From the IMG/VR virus record IMGVR_UViG_3300032285_003957, positions 170,117 through 234,116 of that record: a stretch of DNA of 64,000 bases. The stretch is one strand, 5' to 3'. Below the pieces are notes generated by a model that was not told the origin of the DNA, did not search any database, and was given only the letters and a program-made list of their open reading frames with translations. Shown piece after piece: positions 1 through 10,831 of the stretch. The stretch's first letter is position 1; the number at the start of each line of letters is the position of its first letter. The position numbers and the translations under genes were made by a program. The DNA is from a virus (taxonomy: Duplodnaviria; Caudoviricetes).

Positions 1-2
1 AT

Positions 3-248
3 AATGCATCAAGGATATCAGGTAATTTATTTTATGCAAATGGAGTTACAATGTATGTTGCTGTTAGAGATTTACAAAATCCATCAAACATAAGTGTTAA
101 ATCAATTGTTTTATCTAACTGCACACCACCATCTCCGTCACCACCAGTAAATCCAAGTGATTTATATACTAATACCATAACACTAAGTTACATTTCTTCT
201 TTCCAAAGTAGTAAATGTGAAGCCTACACTAATTGCACGTGGGCATAA
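3..248 (+). CDS. 3' end of a virion structural/adhesin gene, truncated by the window edge
   Basis: Frame is open from nt 3 (NASRISGNLFY...) through the tracked ORF 51..248; Pro-rich linker and Cys-containing end resemble neighbouring structural genes. Confidence 0.6.
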   Translation, partial: NASRISGNLFYANGVTMYVAVRDLQNPSNISVKSIVLSNCTPPSPSPPVNPSDLYTNTITLSYISSFQSSKCEAYTNCTWA

Positions 249-272
249 AATATTAAAAAAAATTTAAAAAAA

Positions 273-803
273 ATGTCAAGACCCTGTGATAAAGGAACAT
301 ATTTTTATGATAGTGTAGGATATTTGGCTGTAGGTCAAAAGTTTTATGCTACATCTAACGGTGGAGATGTAATGCAAGGCTATTATTCAGGAAAATATAA
401 TGGAACTTTTTACATTTTTACTGTTGATGCTGGAGGATTTATAACGGCGATGGAAACAATTTCATCATTAGGATGTGCGGGAACTACACCAGACCCAACA
501 CCATCACCAATACCACAAGGTAATTCATTATTATTAGCGTTTAGAACCACACAAGGGCTTTCTTGCACAATTGGGTCTGAAATCAGTCAAAGAACGGAAA
601 TGTGGTCAAACGCTAATGAATCAAGTTTACAAAATGTAGCAGATTCAATTACACCATCAGATAGTCTATTGGATTTAAATTATTACATGTATGCTGACGT
701 CAATATGACAACCACTAAAAATAACGGATATTATTCTGATGGAAACTATTGGTATCGTGTATACGGTAGTGCAGGTAAAATAATAGATGCGGGTCGCTGT
801 TAA
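273..803 (+). CDS. Small virion/adhesin-like protein with two Cys-closed modules joined by a PT linker
   Basis: Ends NGYYSDGNYWYRVYGSAGKIIDAGRC, a motif shared with neighbouring structural ORFs; TTPDPTPSP linker. Confidence 0.55.
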   Translation: MSRPCDKGTYFYDSVGYLAVGQKFYATSNGGDVMQGYYSGKYNGTFYIFTVDAGGFITAMETISSLGCAGTTPDPTPSPIPQGNSLLLAFRTTQGLSCTIGSEISQRTEMWSNANESSLQNVADSITPSDSLLDLNYYMYADVNMTTTKNNGYYSDGNYWYRVYGSAGKIIDAGRC

Positions 804-827
804 TTCAGGATAAAATAAAAAATCGTT

Positions 828-835
828 TATTTATA
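828..835 (+). promoter_or_regulatory. TATTTATA putative late-promoter element
   Basis: Motif ends 4 nt before the GTG start at 840; same motif precedes many structural genes. Confidence 0.5.
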
Positions 836-839
836 GTAG

Positions 840-3800
840 GTGAAAAGGACAAAATATTCCATAAAAAGAGATAATATAGTATCAGGTTCGTTAATTGATT
901 TAACAACCCACGCATGGCTTGATAGCAATGGTAATACTATTCCTTGGAGTGGAATGACAACAGGTAGCTTTCCTGTTAGTGGAAGTGTTATTTATAATAC
1001 TAATACAGGCAGCCTATACGAAGGTTATTACCAATATGATGGCAATTTATGGCATCAAATAACTGGTTCACCATCAGTGGTCTCAAGCAAAATATACCCT
1101 GATTATCAAATCCCAATTTATTTGGATTCAAAAGCCGATGAAATGGGTCAGATGGTTGATTTTGATGGTAATGTTGGTCAAAATACAATCAGTGCAAATT
1201 TTGCTTATTCAGGTGTATGTTATGGTAGTGGTTATACAATTACCGTATGGAACACAACAAATTTTGGAAAACAAAAAAATAATTTAAAAGCTAATTTTAC
1301 GGTTGCTTGGGATAAAGACAATTATCACGATGATTTACCTGCAAATTCTTCTAAATCTTTTACATATACACAAAACGGGACATATAACTTAAAAATATTC
1401 ATGCAGGCGCCATGGACTACGGAAGTTATTACTAAAGAAGTTGTGGTTGTATGTTTCGTTACACCAACACCAACAACTACACCAACAAACACGGTGACAC
1501 CTACAATTACACCTACGAGTAGTATTACACCAACTATTACGGTTACACCAACAATTACACCTACTAATACCTTAACCCCAACAATTACACCAACAGTAAC
1601 TCATACATCCACAGTAACACCAACGGTTACTCAAACACATACTCCAACAGTTACAGTAACTAAAACACCACTTTATTGTGAATTAGGCGGTAATGCAACT
1701 TATGTAATGCCGACACCTACACCAACCGTAACAATAACAGTTACACCAACAACCACACCTGCGATAACTCATACACCTACTGTAACACCAACGATTACAC
1801 ATACGCCATTGTATTGTGAATTAGGTGGATCAGCAGAATACATTATTCCAACACCAACACCTACTCCGACAAATACGGTAACACCTACTTTAACGCCAAC
1901 AAATACTGTTACACCAACGTTAACACCTACAGTAACTAAAACACCACTTTATTGTGAAATGGGTGGTAGTGCAGAGTATATCGCACCTACACCTACTCCA
2001 ACTGTAACTTCTACAACAACACCAACAGTTACACCAACAATTACTATCACTCAAACTGTAACACCTACAAATACACCAACAAACACGGTAACACCTACGG
2101 TGACTAAAACGCCGCTTTATTGTGAGCTTGGCGGTAGTGCAGAATATATAGCCCCTACACCTACACCAACGGCTACACCAACTGAAACGCCAACATTAAC
2201 ACCTACCGCAACTATAACACAAACAGTAACACCTACTAGTAGCATTGCACCAACAGTTACACCAACAAACACTGGTACACCAACGTTAACACCTACAGTA
2301 ACTAAAACACCACTTTATTGTGAATTAGGCGGTAATGCTACGTATGTTGCACCTACACCTACCCCAACTGTAACTTCTACAACAACACCGACATTAACAC
2401 CAACAGTTACACCAACAAATACCATTACATTAACGGTTACACCTACAAATACAATTACGTCTACTGTAACACCAACAAATACAATTACGTCTACTGTAAC
2501 ACCTACAGTAACTAAGACACCACTTTATTGTGAGTTGGGAGGTAATGCCACATATGTCGCACCAACACCTACACCAACAAATACAGTTACAACAACACCA
2601 ACTGTGACCCCAACTATTACTAATACGTCAACTGTAACTGTGACTCCAACTAATACTCCAACTGTAACCTTAACTCCTACTAACACACCTACAGTTACAC
2701 CAACAAACACTGTTACACCAACGTTAACACCTACGGTGACTAAAACGCCATTGTATTGTGAACTTGGAGGTAACGCACAATATATTGCACCTACACCAAC
2801 CCCTACACCAACAAATACGGTTACACCGACTGTTACAGTAACACCAACATCAGCAGTTACTTCAACACCAACACCTACACCAACCATTACACAAACTATA
2901 ACACCAACAAGTTCAATTGCTGCAACTTCTACAGTTACACCGACAAAATCTGTTGCCGCAACACCAACGGTTACGCCAACAACAACAGTAACACCATCAT
3001 ATACACCAACCAAAACAGTTACACCAACTGTTACACCGACTGTGACACCTACAAATACCGTAACACCGACGGTTACGCCAACGTTACCTGCATTAATTCT
3101 TTCTGTTTCAAGTTCAACAGTTCAATCATGTTATAATGTTAGTGATGCATCATTTACATTAAGTGCAAGTGGTGGTAATGGTGCTTCATATGAATATTCA
3201 AAAGATAATGTAAACTGGCAAACAGGCACAACATTTAGTAGTTTAGCGGGAACAACTTATACAGGTTATGTTAGAAATAGTAATAGAACAGGAACGGTTA
3301 CATCTGTTTCAGTTGGTAGTTTGGCAAGAAGTGCACCAAGTGCAACAATTACAACATCAAACTACAATGGTTATAGTATTGCATGTAATGGTGGAACAGA
3401 TTCGATTGTAGTTTCAGCATTAACAGGTGGCCAAGGTGCACCGTATCAAGTTAAATTAAATTCTGGTGGAACATATCAAACAACAACAACATCAAGAACA
3501 TATTCAAGTTTAGGTGCGGGTTCATATACAATATATGTTAAAGATTCTGCGGGTTGTGAAAATACAATTTCAGTTACATTAACTCAACCGTCTGCAGTTA
3601 CATCAACAATATCAGCATCATCTTTACCAACATGTTATAATGGTGCTAATGGTTCAGTAACAGCTACAGCGGGAGGCGGAGTTGGCGGCTATACATATTC
3701 TTTAAATGGCGGAGCTTATCAATCAAGTGCTACATTTAGTAGTTTAGCTAATGGGACATATAGTATCACAGTTAAAGATGCGAATGGTTGCACAGCAACA

Positions 3801-4637
3801 TCGTCTTCAACTACATTGAATAGAACAGCACCAAATGCAACATTTACGGTATCCAACTTTAATGGTTATAGTATAAGTTGTAACGGTGGTGCGGATGGTT
3901 CAATTGCTGTAAGTGGAGGCTCAGGTGGTTCTGGCGCAGGTTACAGTGGTTCAACAGATAATTTAACATATTATTCATTACCAAAAACATTTGGTTCATT
4001 AAATGCAGCAAATAGTCCATATACGATATTCATTAAAGATAGTAGTGGTTGCGTTCAATCATATGATTTCACAATTACACAACCACCTGCACAAACAGCA
4101 ACAGCTTCAGTTATAACTACCGACGATGGAACTGGTATTGGACGTATTGATGTGGCAGTTAATGGAGGCGCAGGATTGAAAACAATTAGATTATATATTG
4201 ACTCATCAACACCATATACAGATAATAGTAAAACAACATTGGTTGCAACAGCGACAAACGTAGCAAACAATACAACATATTCGTTTACCGGATTATTATG
4301 TTCAGTTGGCCGTCATTGGGCTGAGATTACGGATGCAAATGGTTGTGTTAAAAATAGTAACTCAGTTCAACTTTGTGGATACTACTATATCGGTAAGTAT
4401 ACTTCAAGCAATACAATACAATGTACACCATCAGGTAGCTTAGTTAATACATATTTGTCTTATACCGATTACACAAATTATGTGGCAGGAGGTAATGTAT
4501 TAGCACCAGGTATGATAGTCTATAAAGATGATATTGGAACAGTATTCACAACAACGAGAATTTATGACCCTGCAACAACAAATATATGGGGTTTAAGTTC
4601 AGGCGTAATTAGTGCTAATCCATACCAAAGCTGTTAA
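840..4637 (+). CDS. Large fibre/adhesin-like virion protein: Pro/Thr repeat stalk, SprB-like repeats, C-terminal Cys-closed module
   Basis: 1265 aa; long TPTxT tract with 7 YCE(L/M)GG motifs; five CxGGxxGSI...YTIxVKDxxGC-type units resembling SprB repeats. Confidence 0.75.
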   Translation: MKRTKYSIKRDNIVSGSLIDLTTHAWLDSNGNTIPWSGMTTGSFPVSGSVIYNTNTGSLYEGYYQYDGNLWHQITGSPSVVSSKIYPDYQIPIYLDSKADEMGQMVDFDGNVGQNTISANFAYSGVCYGSGYTITVWNTTNFGKQKNNLKANFTVAWDKDNYHDDLPANSSKSFTYTQNGTYNLKIFMQAPWTTEVITKEVVVVCFVTPTPTTTPTNTVTPTITPTSSITPTITVTPTITPTNTLTPTITPTVTHTSTVTPTVTQTHTPTVTVTKTPLYCELGGNATYVMPTPTPTVTITVTPTTTPAITHTPTVTPTITHTPLYCELGGSAEYIIPTPTPTPTNTVTPTLTPTNTVTPTLTPTVTKTPLYCEMGGSAEYIAPTPTPTVTSTTTPTVTPTITITQTVTPTNTPTNTVTPTVTKTPLYCELGGSAEYIAPTPTPTATPTETPTLTPTATITQTVTPTSSIAPTVTPTNTGTPTLTPTVTKTPLYCELGGNATYVAPTPTPTVTSTTTPTLTPTVTPTNTITLTVTPTNTITSTVTPTNTITSTVTPTVTKTPLYCELGGNATYVAPTPTPTNTVTTTPTVTPTITNTSTVTVTPTNTPTVTLTPTNTPTVTPTNTVTPTLTPTVTKTPLYCELGGNAQYIAPTPTPTPTNTVTPTVTVTPTSAVTSTPTPTPTITQTITPTSSIAATSTVTPTKSVAATPTVTPTTTVTPSYTPTKTVTPTVTPTVTPTNTVTPTVTPTLPALILSVSSSTVQSCYNVSDASFTLSASGGNGASYEYSKDNVNWQTGTTFSSLAGTTYTGYVRNSNRTGTVTSVSVGSLARSAPSATITTSNYNGYSIACNGGTDSIVVSALTGGQGAPYQVKLNSGGTYQTTTTSRTYSSLGAGSYTIYVKDSAGCENTISVTLTQPSAVTSTISASSLPTCYNGANGSVTATAGGGVGGYTYSLNGGAYQSSATFSSLANGTYSITVKDANGCTATSSSTTLNRTAPNATFTVSNFNGYSISCNGGADGSIAVSGGSGGSGAGYSGSTDNLTYYSLPKTFGSLNAANSPYTIFIKDSSGCVQSYDFTITQPPAQTATASVITTDDGTGIGRIDVAVNGGAGLKTIRLYIDSSTPYTDNSKTTLVATATNVANNTTYSFTGLLCSVGRHWAEITDANGCVKNSNSVQLCGYYYIGKYTSSNTIQCTPSGSLVNTYLSYTDYTNYVAGGNVLAPGMIVYKDDIGTVFTTTRIYDPATTNIWGLSSGVISANPYQSC
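1461..3084 (+). repeat. Coding Thr/Pro repeat tract with seven KTPLYCE(L/M)GG(N/S)AxY(V/I)xPTPTP units
   Basis: Seen in the translation; Cys codons at 1677, 1815, 1953, 2121, 2319, 2529, 2757. Confidence 0.9.
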
Positions 4638-4661
4638 ACCATGGTATGCAAATAATATAAT

Positions 4662-4689
4662 AAAACCCCTTTATTTAAAGGGGTTTTTT
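4662..4689 (+). terminator. Rho-independent terminator (possibly bidirectional)
   Basis: AAAACCCCTTTA-TT-TAAAGGGGTTTT inverted repeat followed by a T run. Confidence 0.8.
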
Positions 4690-4720
4690 GTTTAAATTAT
4701 CTCTGAAGATATTTAATAAT

Positions 4721-5284
4721 ATGCCAGACTTGGGAACATTAACATTTACAATACCATCTTACTTATTGGAAGATGGGACAAGTGCACCCGCAACCACGGT
4801 TAATCAAAATTATTTAAACAATTTAGATTACGTTGCGAATACAGGTGTAACCGCAGGATATACGGGAATGACATATTATGCCATAGGAGGAAGTCGTATT
4901 CAAGAAAAGAAACTTTACGGTGGTGGGTATAGTGGTGTAACAACTGGAATGACAGAAGACAATGTTATTTACAGCGCATATAGTTTCACCTACAGTGGTC
5001 AAACTATGGGTAATCAAACATTATATTATGCCGATTTTCCTGATGGTCATACAATGATTACGGGGCATACAACAGGTTTTACAGAACAAGCGGTTTTTAA
5101 TTCTGTCCTAACTCGAAATGAACATTTCCTTGGATTTGTTGAACAACCAAGAATATATTCGGACATTTTTGTTGAAAGAGGAAAAATGGGAGTTTTAGAG
5201 AATAACCACAGATTGGGAGAAATTGGAACATTAGGTGACCTTGAGTATTATGGAAACAAATACTTTAACGTCAAAAAACTATAA
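4721..5284 (+). CDS. Hypothetical virion/baseplate-region protein
   Basis: Open frame; ATG at 4721 preferred over the tracked TTG at 4688, which lies in the terminator. Confidence 0.6.
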   Translation: MPDLGTLTFTIPSYLLEDGTSAPATTVNQNYLNNLDYVANTGVTAGYTGMTYYAIGGSRIQEKKLYGGGYSGVTTGMTEDNVIYSAYSFTYSGQTMGNQTLYYADFPDGHTMITGHTTGFTEQAVFNSVLTRNEHFLGFVEQPRIYSDIFVERGKMGVLENNHRLGEIGTLGDLEYYGNKYFNVKKL

Positions 5285-5309
5285 AATTTATATTTATTAA
5301 TAAAAAGAT

Positions 5310-6230
5310 ATGGCAGTAGGAAGTTATGGAATGGTAAGGCCGGCAGATGTATCACCTGCAGATGTAGATATCTATTATCATTTTGTTGCTGATAGAACTA
5401 CCACATCTCAGGTTACATTACAAAAGTTGTCACCATCAGCAAATTATCTAACTCCGGTTTATCAAAACTCAGGAACAACAGATAACCAAAATGCGGTGAA
5501 TAAAGAATTGTTAGGTGGTTTATATAATTTAAAGCTAACATCTGATAAATTCTCACAATTAGGTATATACACACTTCACATAAGACCAAAACAAATTAGA
5601 GCGTCAATCATGGATTGTGGAGTCTTAAGCTCACTTCCTTCAGTTAGAGGTTTAGTTATTGATTTAAATAATATAGCGGCTGAAGATAGAGCAAAATTTA
5701 CCCCACAAGGGATGGTCGGATATCGTGTAGAATATCTAAACGATGACTACACAAAGACACCTAATTTTTATAGAATTGTTACATCAAGTTTCTATTGTCA
5801 ACCAATAGTAGCCAATTTATCAAATACAACGGATAAAGCAATTAGATATAGATATGTTGACCAATCAAGCAACTTAGTTTTTTTAACGTTAACACCAACA
5901 TCCTCACCATCAAGTAGACCGAACTTTGTTCCGTTTATTGGTAAACCTGGTCAAAATATTATATTATCAAATACATATTTCAATCCAACAACAATTGAAG
6001 TTGAAATGGTTGAACATGATGCATCTACATTGGCTAATGCTCTTTACGGTAATCAAACTAAAGCAGTTGCTCCAGGTATTTACACAATTTACGATAAGGA
6101 TAATCAAATCTATAAACAATACAACTTATACGAAATCAAAGACGAATTCAACGATACTCTATATGAAGTTAGAGAAGAAAGGAATAATATCGATGAGACG
6201 CTTGGTTTCAACAACATAACTAACGTTTAA
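5310..6230 (+). CDS. Hypothetical structural (baseplate-region) protein
   Basis: 306 aa ORF preceded by TATTTATT (5291) and coupled to the next gene by a TAATG overlap. Confidence 0.6.
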   Translation: MAVGSYGMVRPADVSPADVDIYYHFVADRTTTSQVTLQKLSPSANYLTPVYQNSGTTDNQNAVNKELLGGLYNLKLTSDKFSQLGIYTLHIRPKQIRASIMDCGVLSSLPSVRGLVIDLNNIAAEDRAKFTPQGMVGYRVEYLNDDYTKTPNFYRIVTSSFYCQPIVANLSNTTDKAIRYRYVDQSSNLVFLTLTPTSSPSSRPNFVPFIGKPGQNIILSNTYFNPTTIEVEMVEHDASTLANALYGNQTKAVAPGIYTIYDKDNQIYKQYNLYEIKDEFNDTLYEVREERNNIDETLGFNNITNV

Positions 6231-9200
6231 TGGCAACATCAAGAACGGTAAGATTAAAAATACCAAATCAGGCTGCGAGCGGAGCGGATACATTTAGTGA
6301 CAATCTTGTTGGTAATCAAATTACCGATGGAACTGGTCAATTGACCAATAGCAACTTTGCGTTAGATAAAGTAATAGTTGAAAAGGATAGTAAAGAATTT
6401 AAAACAGCAAAATTTTCTGAATTCTTAACTTTAGATAGTTTAAAAAAAGAAACATCCGCACCAACAACACAAGACACAACTGATGGTTCTGTTAGTCAAA
6501 CCAAAGATGAAAAAATTAAATTCAGAAGTTCAAAAAATGATGCAAGTAGGTCTTTGTTTGGTTCTTTAAAAGACAGAACATTTATTTCGTTAAAAAAAAT
6601 AATTACAAAGTTTCCTGCCGCCCTTTATGCTGACCCCGATTCTGTAGTCGGTATTTCTGAATTTACAGCAAAAAATATTACATATAGTAAAGTATCTAAT
6701 ATAACTTCATTTGATATTGAGTATGGTAAAATATACAATCCATTAAGTATTAATTTAGTTGCACCAAATAGTGCAGATTCATTAACTACGGATAATGATA
6801 TTAAAAACATATATTCAGCTTATAAAAAATATGTTTTAGTTTATAATGGTAATCAATATGATGTTGTGGGATATGTTCAACCAACATCATTAAATTATAA
6901 CACAACAACATTTAGAGTTAAAGGTTTACCATTTGGTGATAATACTGGTGTTAGTGACTCTTTCTTAATAAGACCAAATGATGGAATAACTGAAGAGTTT
7001 TTCTTAAATTTAGATGATTTAGAATCTTTATTATTGAATAGAGATACAAGTCCAATTTATCAAGTAAATTTCAAAGTTCCAAGAGATTCGGCAGACTTAA
7101 CGGGAACCGAAATGACAACATTAAGTTATAACTGGCCACTATCAAAAGACGGTTATAACATACAAATCGTAGGTTTAGATTACGAGGAATATGTTGACGC
7201 TTTAAGTAGCACAGCTCAAGAGATTGATGACTATAAATCAAATTTAGTTGTTAGATTTTTAACGGCGCCCCAATTATTTGAATTTGATACCGATGACCAA
7301 AGAGCACAAGCAATTTTTCAATTATATGGTCAATCATTCGATAGAGTAAAAAAATATATAGATAATATTGCTTACATGAGAAATGTAAGTTATGACGGTA
7401 TCAATAATGTTCCTGATGTATTATTAAAGAATTTATCAGAAACATTAGGGTTCAATACTGTTAATTTATTTGACGAAAAAACATTAGACGAATCATTATA
7501 TAGAAAACACGATACACAATATACTGCACTTGATTCAGGTAAAAGCTTAGTTGAGGCTGAAAACGAATTTTATAAAAGATTAATAATTAATCTTGTTCAT
7601 TTATATAAATCAAAAGGGACTAAAAACGCATTAACATTTTTTTTAAAGTTTTTAGGTGCACCCGAACCATTAATTAAAATTGACGAGTATGTTTATGATG
7701 TTGATTCATCATCATTACCTACGTCAACACAAGATGATATATATAACACAATTAATGGTAATTTTGTTGAAACTATCATTACAGGTTTTTCACAAACAAC
7801 TTATGCATACTCAACGGGAACAACAATACACACAACAGCATTAACTCGAGATGAATATCCAATTGACACATATAATGTCCCAAAAAGTGTTTCAAATGTT
7901 AGTGATGACATTTTCTTTCAAAAAGGAGCTGGTTGGTATGATTTAACAATAGACCATAGGTCACCAAATATTACTGATACAGCAAATTCAGTATTAACTG
8001 GTAGAATTAAAAGTGTTGTAACTAAATCAGCACCATTTACATATGGAGAAGATTATTTTCAAAATTTTAGAAAATTCCCTGGTTTAGATTATGGGTTTCA
8101 ACTTACAGCAAGAGTAGTTGATAACAAAGGTGATGTTGATAATGTATTATCTGATTTTACACTTAATAGAAAAAATATTGGAATATATTTGTCATCAGCA
8201 CGAGCTGTGGATTATGATATTTGGAGACAATCAAGAAACTTAGAACTTACTTTTGGTTCGTTGGGACCACAAACAGGATACACATTTGCGGAGTATTTAG
8301 ATTCAGCATTAAATGAAGTTATTAAAAATTCACATGTTGCTAAATTTAAACCTCACTATCCTGATTTAGTTACTGTTTACAATTCATATATTAGTAGCAC
8401 ACAAATTACACCATATGATTTTATTGCAATAAATGATTTCATTTATAAAATGAGTCCAATGTGGACTCAACTAATTGAACAATTTGTTCCTGCTACAACA
8501 TTGTGGACTGGCGGTAATTTAATTGAAAACAATAGATTCCAAAGGTCAAAATATACATATAAAAAACCTTGTCAAGTATTTGAATTAATTGACGACACGT
8601 ATCCTGAACCAACAGGAACAACCACTTCATATTTTGTAGATGAGATAAATTATCTATGGAATCAATTAGGATTTGTGCATGACGGATCTAATGATTATCC
8701 TCAATTAAGAGATTGGCTCGAAGATGGCTACATGCAATTCTTTCCTATTTTTAAAATAGATGGTGTAACATATTCAGGTTCAACAGACCATGTATTGATT
8801 CCACCACCACCAATCCATGCGGGATATGTTGATGCGGAAAACTATGAAGCTAAAGCAGCTTACACAGGTTATACTGGTTGCACGTATGCACTATTATCAG
8901 GCGCAACAACAAATATTAGTCCCGTAAACGGTCAATATGAAAATGCGAGATTATATAAAGATAAAAGTTCAGGAGATGACGAACAAAATATAGATTTTGT
9001 AGGATTAAAAGCAATGTGGAAACAAGCAATTGTTAACACAGTAAGATACATTAACACATATAGTGGTTATACTGGAACAAATAATCAATTAACATTTACA
9101 CCTAATGCAGTTGGTAAAGATACTGCTTATGGAAATTCTATCAATAATCCAAGTATTACAGGAACAACAATATTACCAATATTATCATATGAATTTTTTG

Positions 9201-10816
9201 TTAATAAAGATGGTGTTGAAAAAGTAAGATTTAAATCATACAAATATGGTCCACATAATTGCACAGTAATGAATTCATTTGATTTCTTATTTGCATATGG
9301 TTATGCGTCACCAGACCCAACACCGACTGTTACACCAACAATGACGGTAACACCAACACACACACCAACTGTTACACCAACACCGACTGTTACACCAACT
9401 ATGACCGTCACACCAACAATGACGGTAACACCAACACAATCAATACCATGTGTAATTAATGCTAGCGCTGAATATAGAAGTAGCGCATGTCCGGTAACAC
9501 CAACACCAACACCTACACCAACATCTGCAGCAATTGCTGTTACGCCTTCAGTTACCGTAACACCATCAACACCTTTACCAGGTTGTGGTAGCACAGTTTC
9601 AGGTAGTTGGGCATCAGGAACTAATGTTGTTCAAACAAGATATCTTGATTTAACGGCGGCAACAAATGGTGGTTTAATTACATTACATTATACAGCAAAT
9701 GAAAGACCTGACAGATTTAACATATATGATAGTTCAGATAATTTAGTTGTTACTAGTGGATGGGTTGGTTCGGATTATAACTATACAGGTCCGTGGACAG
9801 GCGGTGGTGGCATTGCTGATACTGATGGCGATGGATATATGTCATTTACATATGATAGTTCTAAAACATATCGTTTAACTGTTGATGTCGGACCATGGAA
9901 TCCTGCTAATCAACTTTCAGATAGTTGGTCGGTTACAATTACATGTGCAGGCGTCATAGCACCAACACCAACAGTTACAACATCACCATCTATGACACCA
10001 ACACCAACACCAAGACAAAGATACCAAGTGCAATTATGTGCAGGTAGTGGTGGTAATGGAACACAAATTTATAACATAGAAATTGCATTATCGGTTACAG
10101 TTGGTAAAACATATACATTATTAGGTTATCCTGGTGCACCTGCATTAATGAATGGTGCAAATTGTTGGAATATTAATAATGCTAATTTTGATAACACATA
10201 TGATGGAACTGCAACTTATAATGAAGAATATCCAGATTGTGCACATTGTTCAGCGGCCCCATTAACCGCATATACGGGTAGCACATTATTAAATGCGTGT
10301 AATGGAGTTAATGGTCAAACAACATTATGGTATAGAGGTAATTTAGGCGTTGGAACTGTATTATATAGTGATAGAAGTTTATTAGCGGATTACTTAGTGC
10401 CAACACCGGGTTATTATTACGATGTTGATAATGATAGAGTTTTACACGTTGGTGTGTTTAGTCAATATCCAAATATTCCATCACCAGAAGATGGGTATGT
10501 TACCGACATTCAATATTGTCCTGCACCAACACCAACACCAACACCTTCACCAATTGGAGTAGCGTTAGGTGGATATATGGCATTATCTTATGGTAGCACA
10601 GGACCTGGTGCATGTTCAGGAAGTAGTGGAACAATTAATGTTTATTATGCTTCTACTGATCCACATGGAGGTGATTTATGGTCAGGAACAACATATTATA
10701 ATTTTAATGGTTTCCCATTTGATGGTAGTTCATATGGTTATTTTTCCGATGGAGTTAGTTATTATGGAACAATAAGTGAAAATGGTTATTACCAACAAGA
10801 AGGAACTTGTGAATAA
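6230..10816 (+). CDS. Baseplate wedge-like protein (P2 gpI / T4 gp7-like core) fused to PT linkers and C-terminal adhesin-like modules
   Basis: VPDVLLKNLSETLGF and LVHLYKSKGTKNALTFFLKFLG resemble the KxKGT wedge motif; the last ~500 aa are PT linkers and Cys-bracketed modules. Confidence 0.6.
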   Translation: MATSRTVRLKIPNQAASGADTFSDNLVGNQITDGTGQLTNSNFALDKVIVEKDSKEFKTAKFSEFLTLDSLKKETSAPTTQDTTDGSVSQTKDEKIKFRSSKNDASRSLFGSLKDRTFISLKKIITKFPAALYADPDSVVGISEFTAKNITYSKVSNITSFDIEYGKIYNPLSINLVAPNSADSLTTDNDIKNIYSAYKKYVLVYNGNQYDVVGYVQPTSLNYNTTTFRVKGLPFGDNTGVSDSFLIRPNDGITEEFFLNLDDLESLLLNRDTSPIYQVNFKVPRDSADLTGTEMTTLSYNWPLSKDGYNIQIVGLDYEEYVDALSSTAQEIDDYKSNLVVRFLTAPQLFEFDTDDQRAQAIFQLYGQSFDRVKKYIDNIAYMRNVSYDGINNVPDVLLKNLSETLGFNTVNLFDEKTLDESLYRKHDTQYTALDSGKSLVEAENEFYKRLIINLVHLYKSKGTKNALTFFLKFLGAPEPLIKIDEYVYDVDSSSLPTSTQDDIYNTINGNFVETIITGFSQTTYAYSTGTTIHTTALTRDEYPIDTYNVPKSVSNVSDDIFFQKGAGWYDLTIDHRSPNITDTANSVLTGRIKSVVTKSAPFTYGEDYFQNFRKFPGLDYGFQLTARVVDNKGDVDNVLSDFTLNRKNIGIYLSSARAVDYDIWRQSRNLELTFGSLGPQTGYTFAEYLDSALNEVIKNSHVAKFKPHYPDLVTVYNSYISSTQITPYDFIAINDFIYKMSPMWTQLIEQFVPATTLWTGGNLIENNRFQRSKYTYKKPCQVFELIDDTYPEPTGTTTSYFVDEINYLWNQLGFVHDGSNDYPQLRDWLEDGYMQFFPIFKIDGVTYSGSTDHVLIPPPPIHAGYVDAENYEAKAAYTGYTGCTYALLSGATTNISPVNGQYENARLYKDKSSGDDEQNIDFVGLKAMWKQAIVNTVRYINTYSGYTGTNNQLTFTPNAVGKDTAYGNSINNPSITGTTILPILSYEFFVNKDGVEKVRFKSYKYGPHNCTVMNSFDFLFAYGYASPDPTPTVTPTMTVTPTHTPTVTPTPTVTPTMTVTPTMTVTPTQSIPCVINASAEYRSSACPVTPTPTPTPTSAAIAVTPSVTVTPSTPLPGCGSTVSGSWASGTNVVQTRYLDLTAATNGGLITLHYTANERPDRFNIYDSSDNLVVTSGWVGSDYNYTGPWTGGGGIADTDGDGYMSFTYDSSKTYRLTVDVGPWNPANQLSDSWSVTITCAGVIAPTPTVTTSPSMTPTPTPRQRYQVQLCAGSGGNGTQIYNIEIALSVTVGKTYTLLGYPGAPALMNGANCWNINNANFDNTYDGTATYNEEYPDCAHCSAAPLTAYTGSTLLNACNGVNGQTTLWYRGNLGVGTVLYSDRSLLADYLVPTPGYYYDVDNDRVLHVGVFSQYPNIPSPEDGYVTDIQYCPAPTPTPTPSPIGVALGGYMALSYGSTGPGACSGSSGTINVYYASTDPHGGDLWSGTTYYNFNGFPFDGSSYGYFSDGVSYYGTISENGYYQQEGTCE

Positions 10817-10831
10817 AAATAAAAAAGAATT

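Noticed and set aside
243-275. Stop-codon readthrough fusing 3..248 with 273..803 (same frame, single TAA)
   Set aside because: A one-in-three coincidence; the spacer is a typical A-rich leader and TAA is a poor readthrough codon
2525-9594. Minus-strand V/G-rich ORFs (2525..3013, 9301..9594; likewise 46616..46915)
   Set aside because: Antisense shadows of Pro/Thr codons
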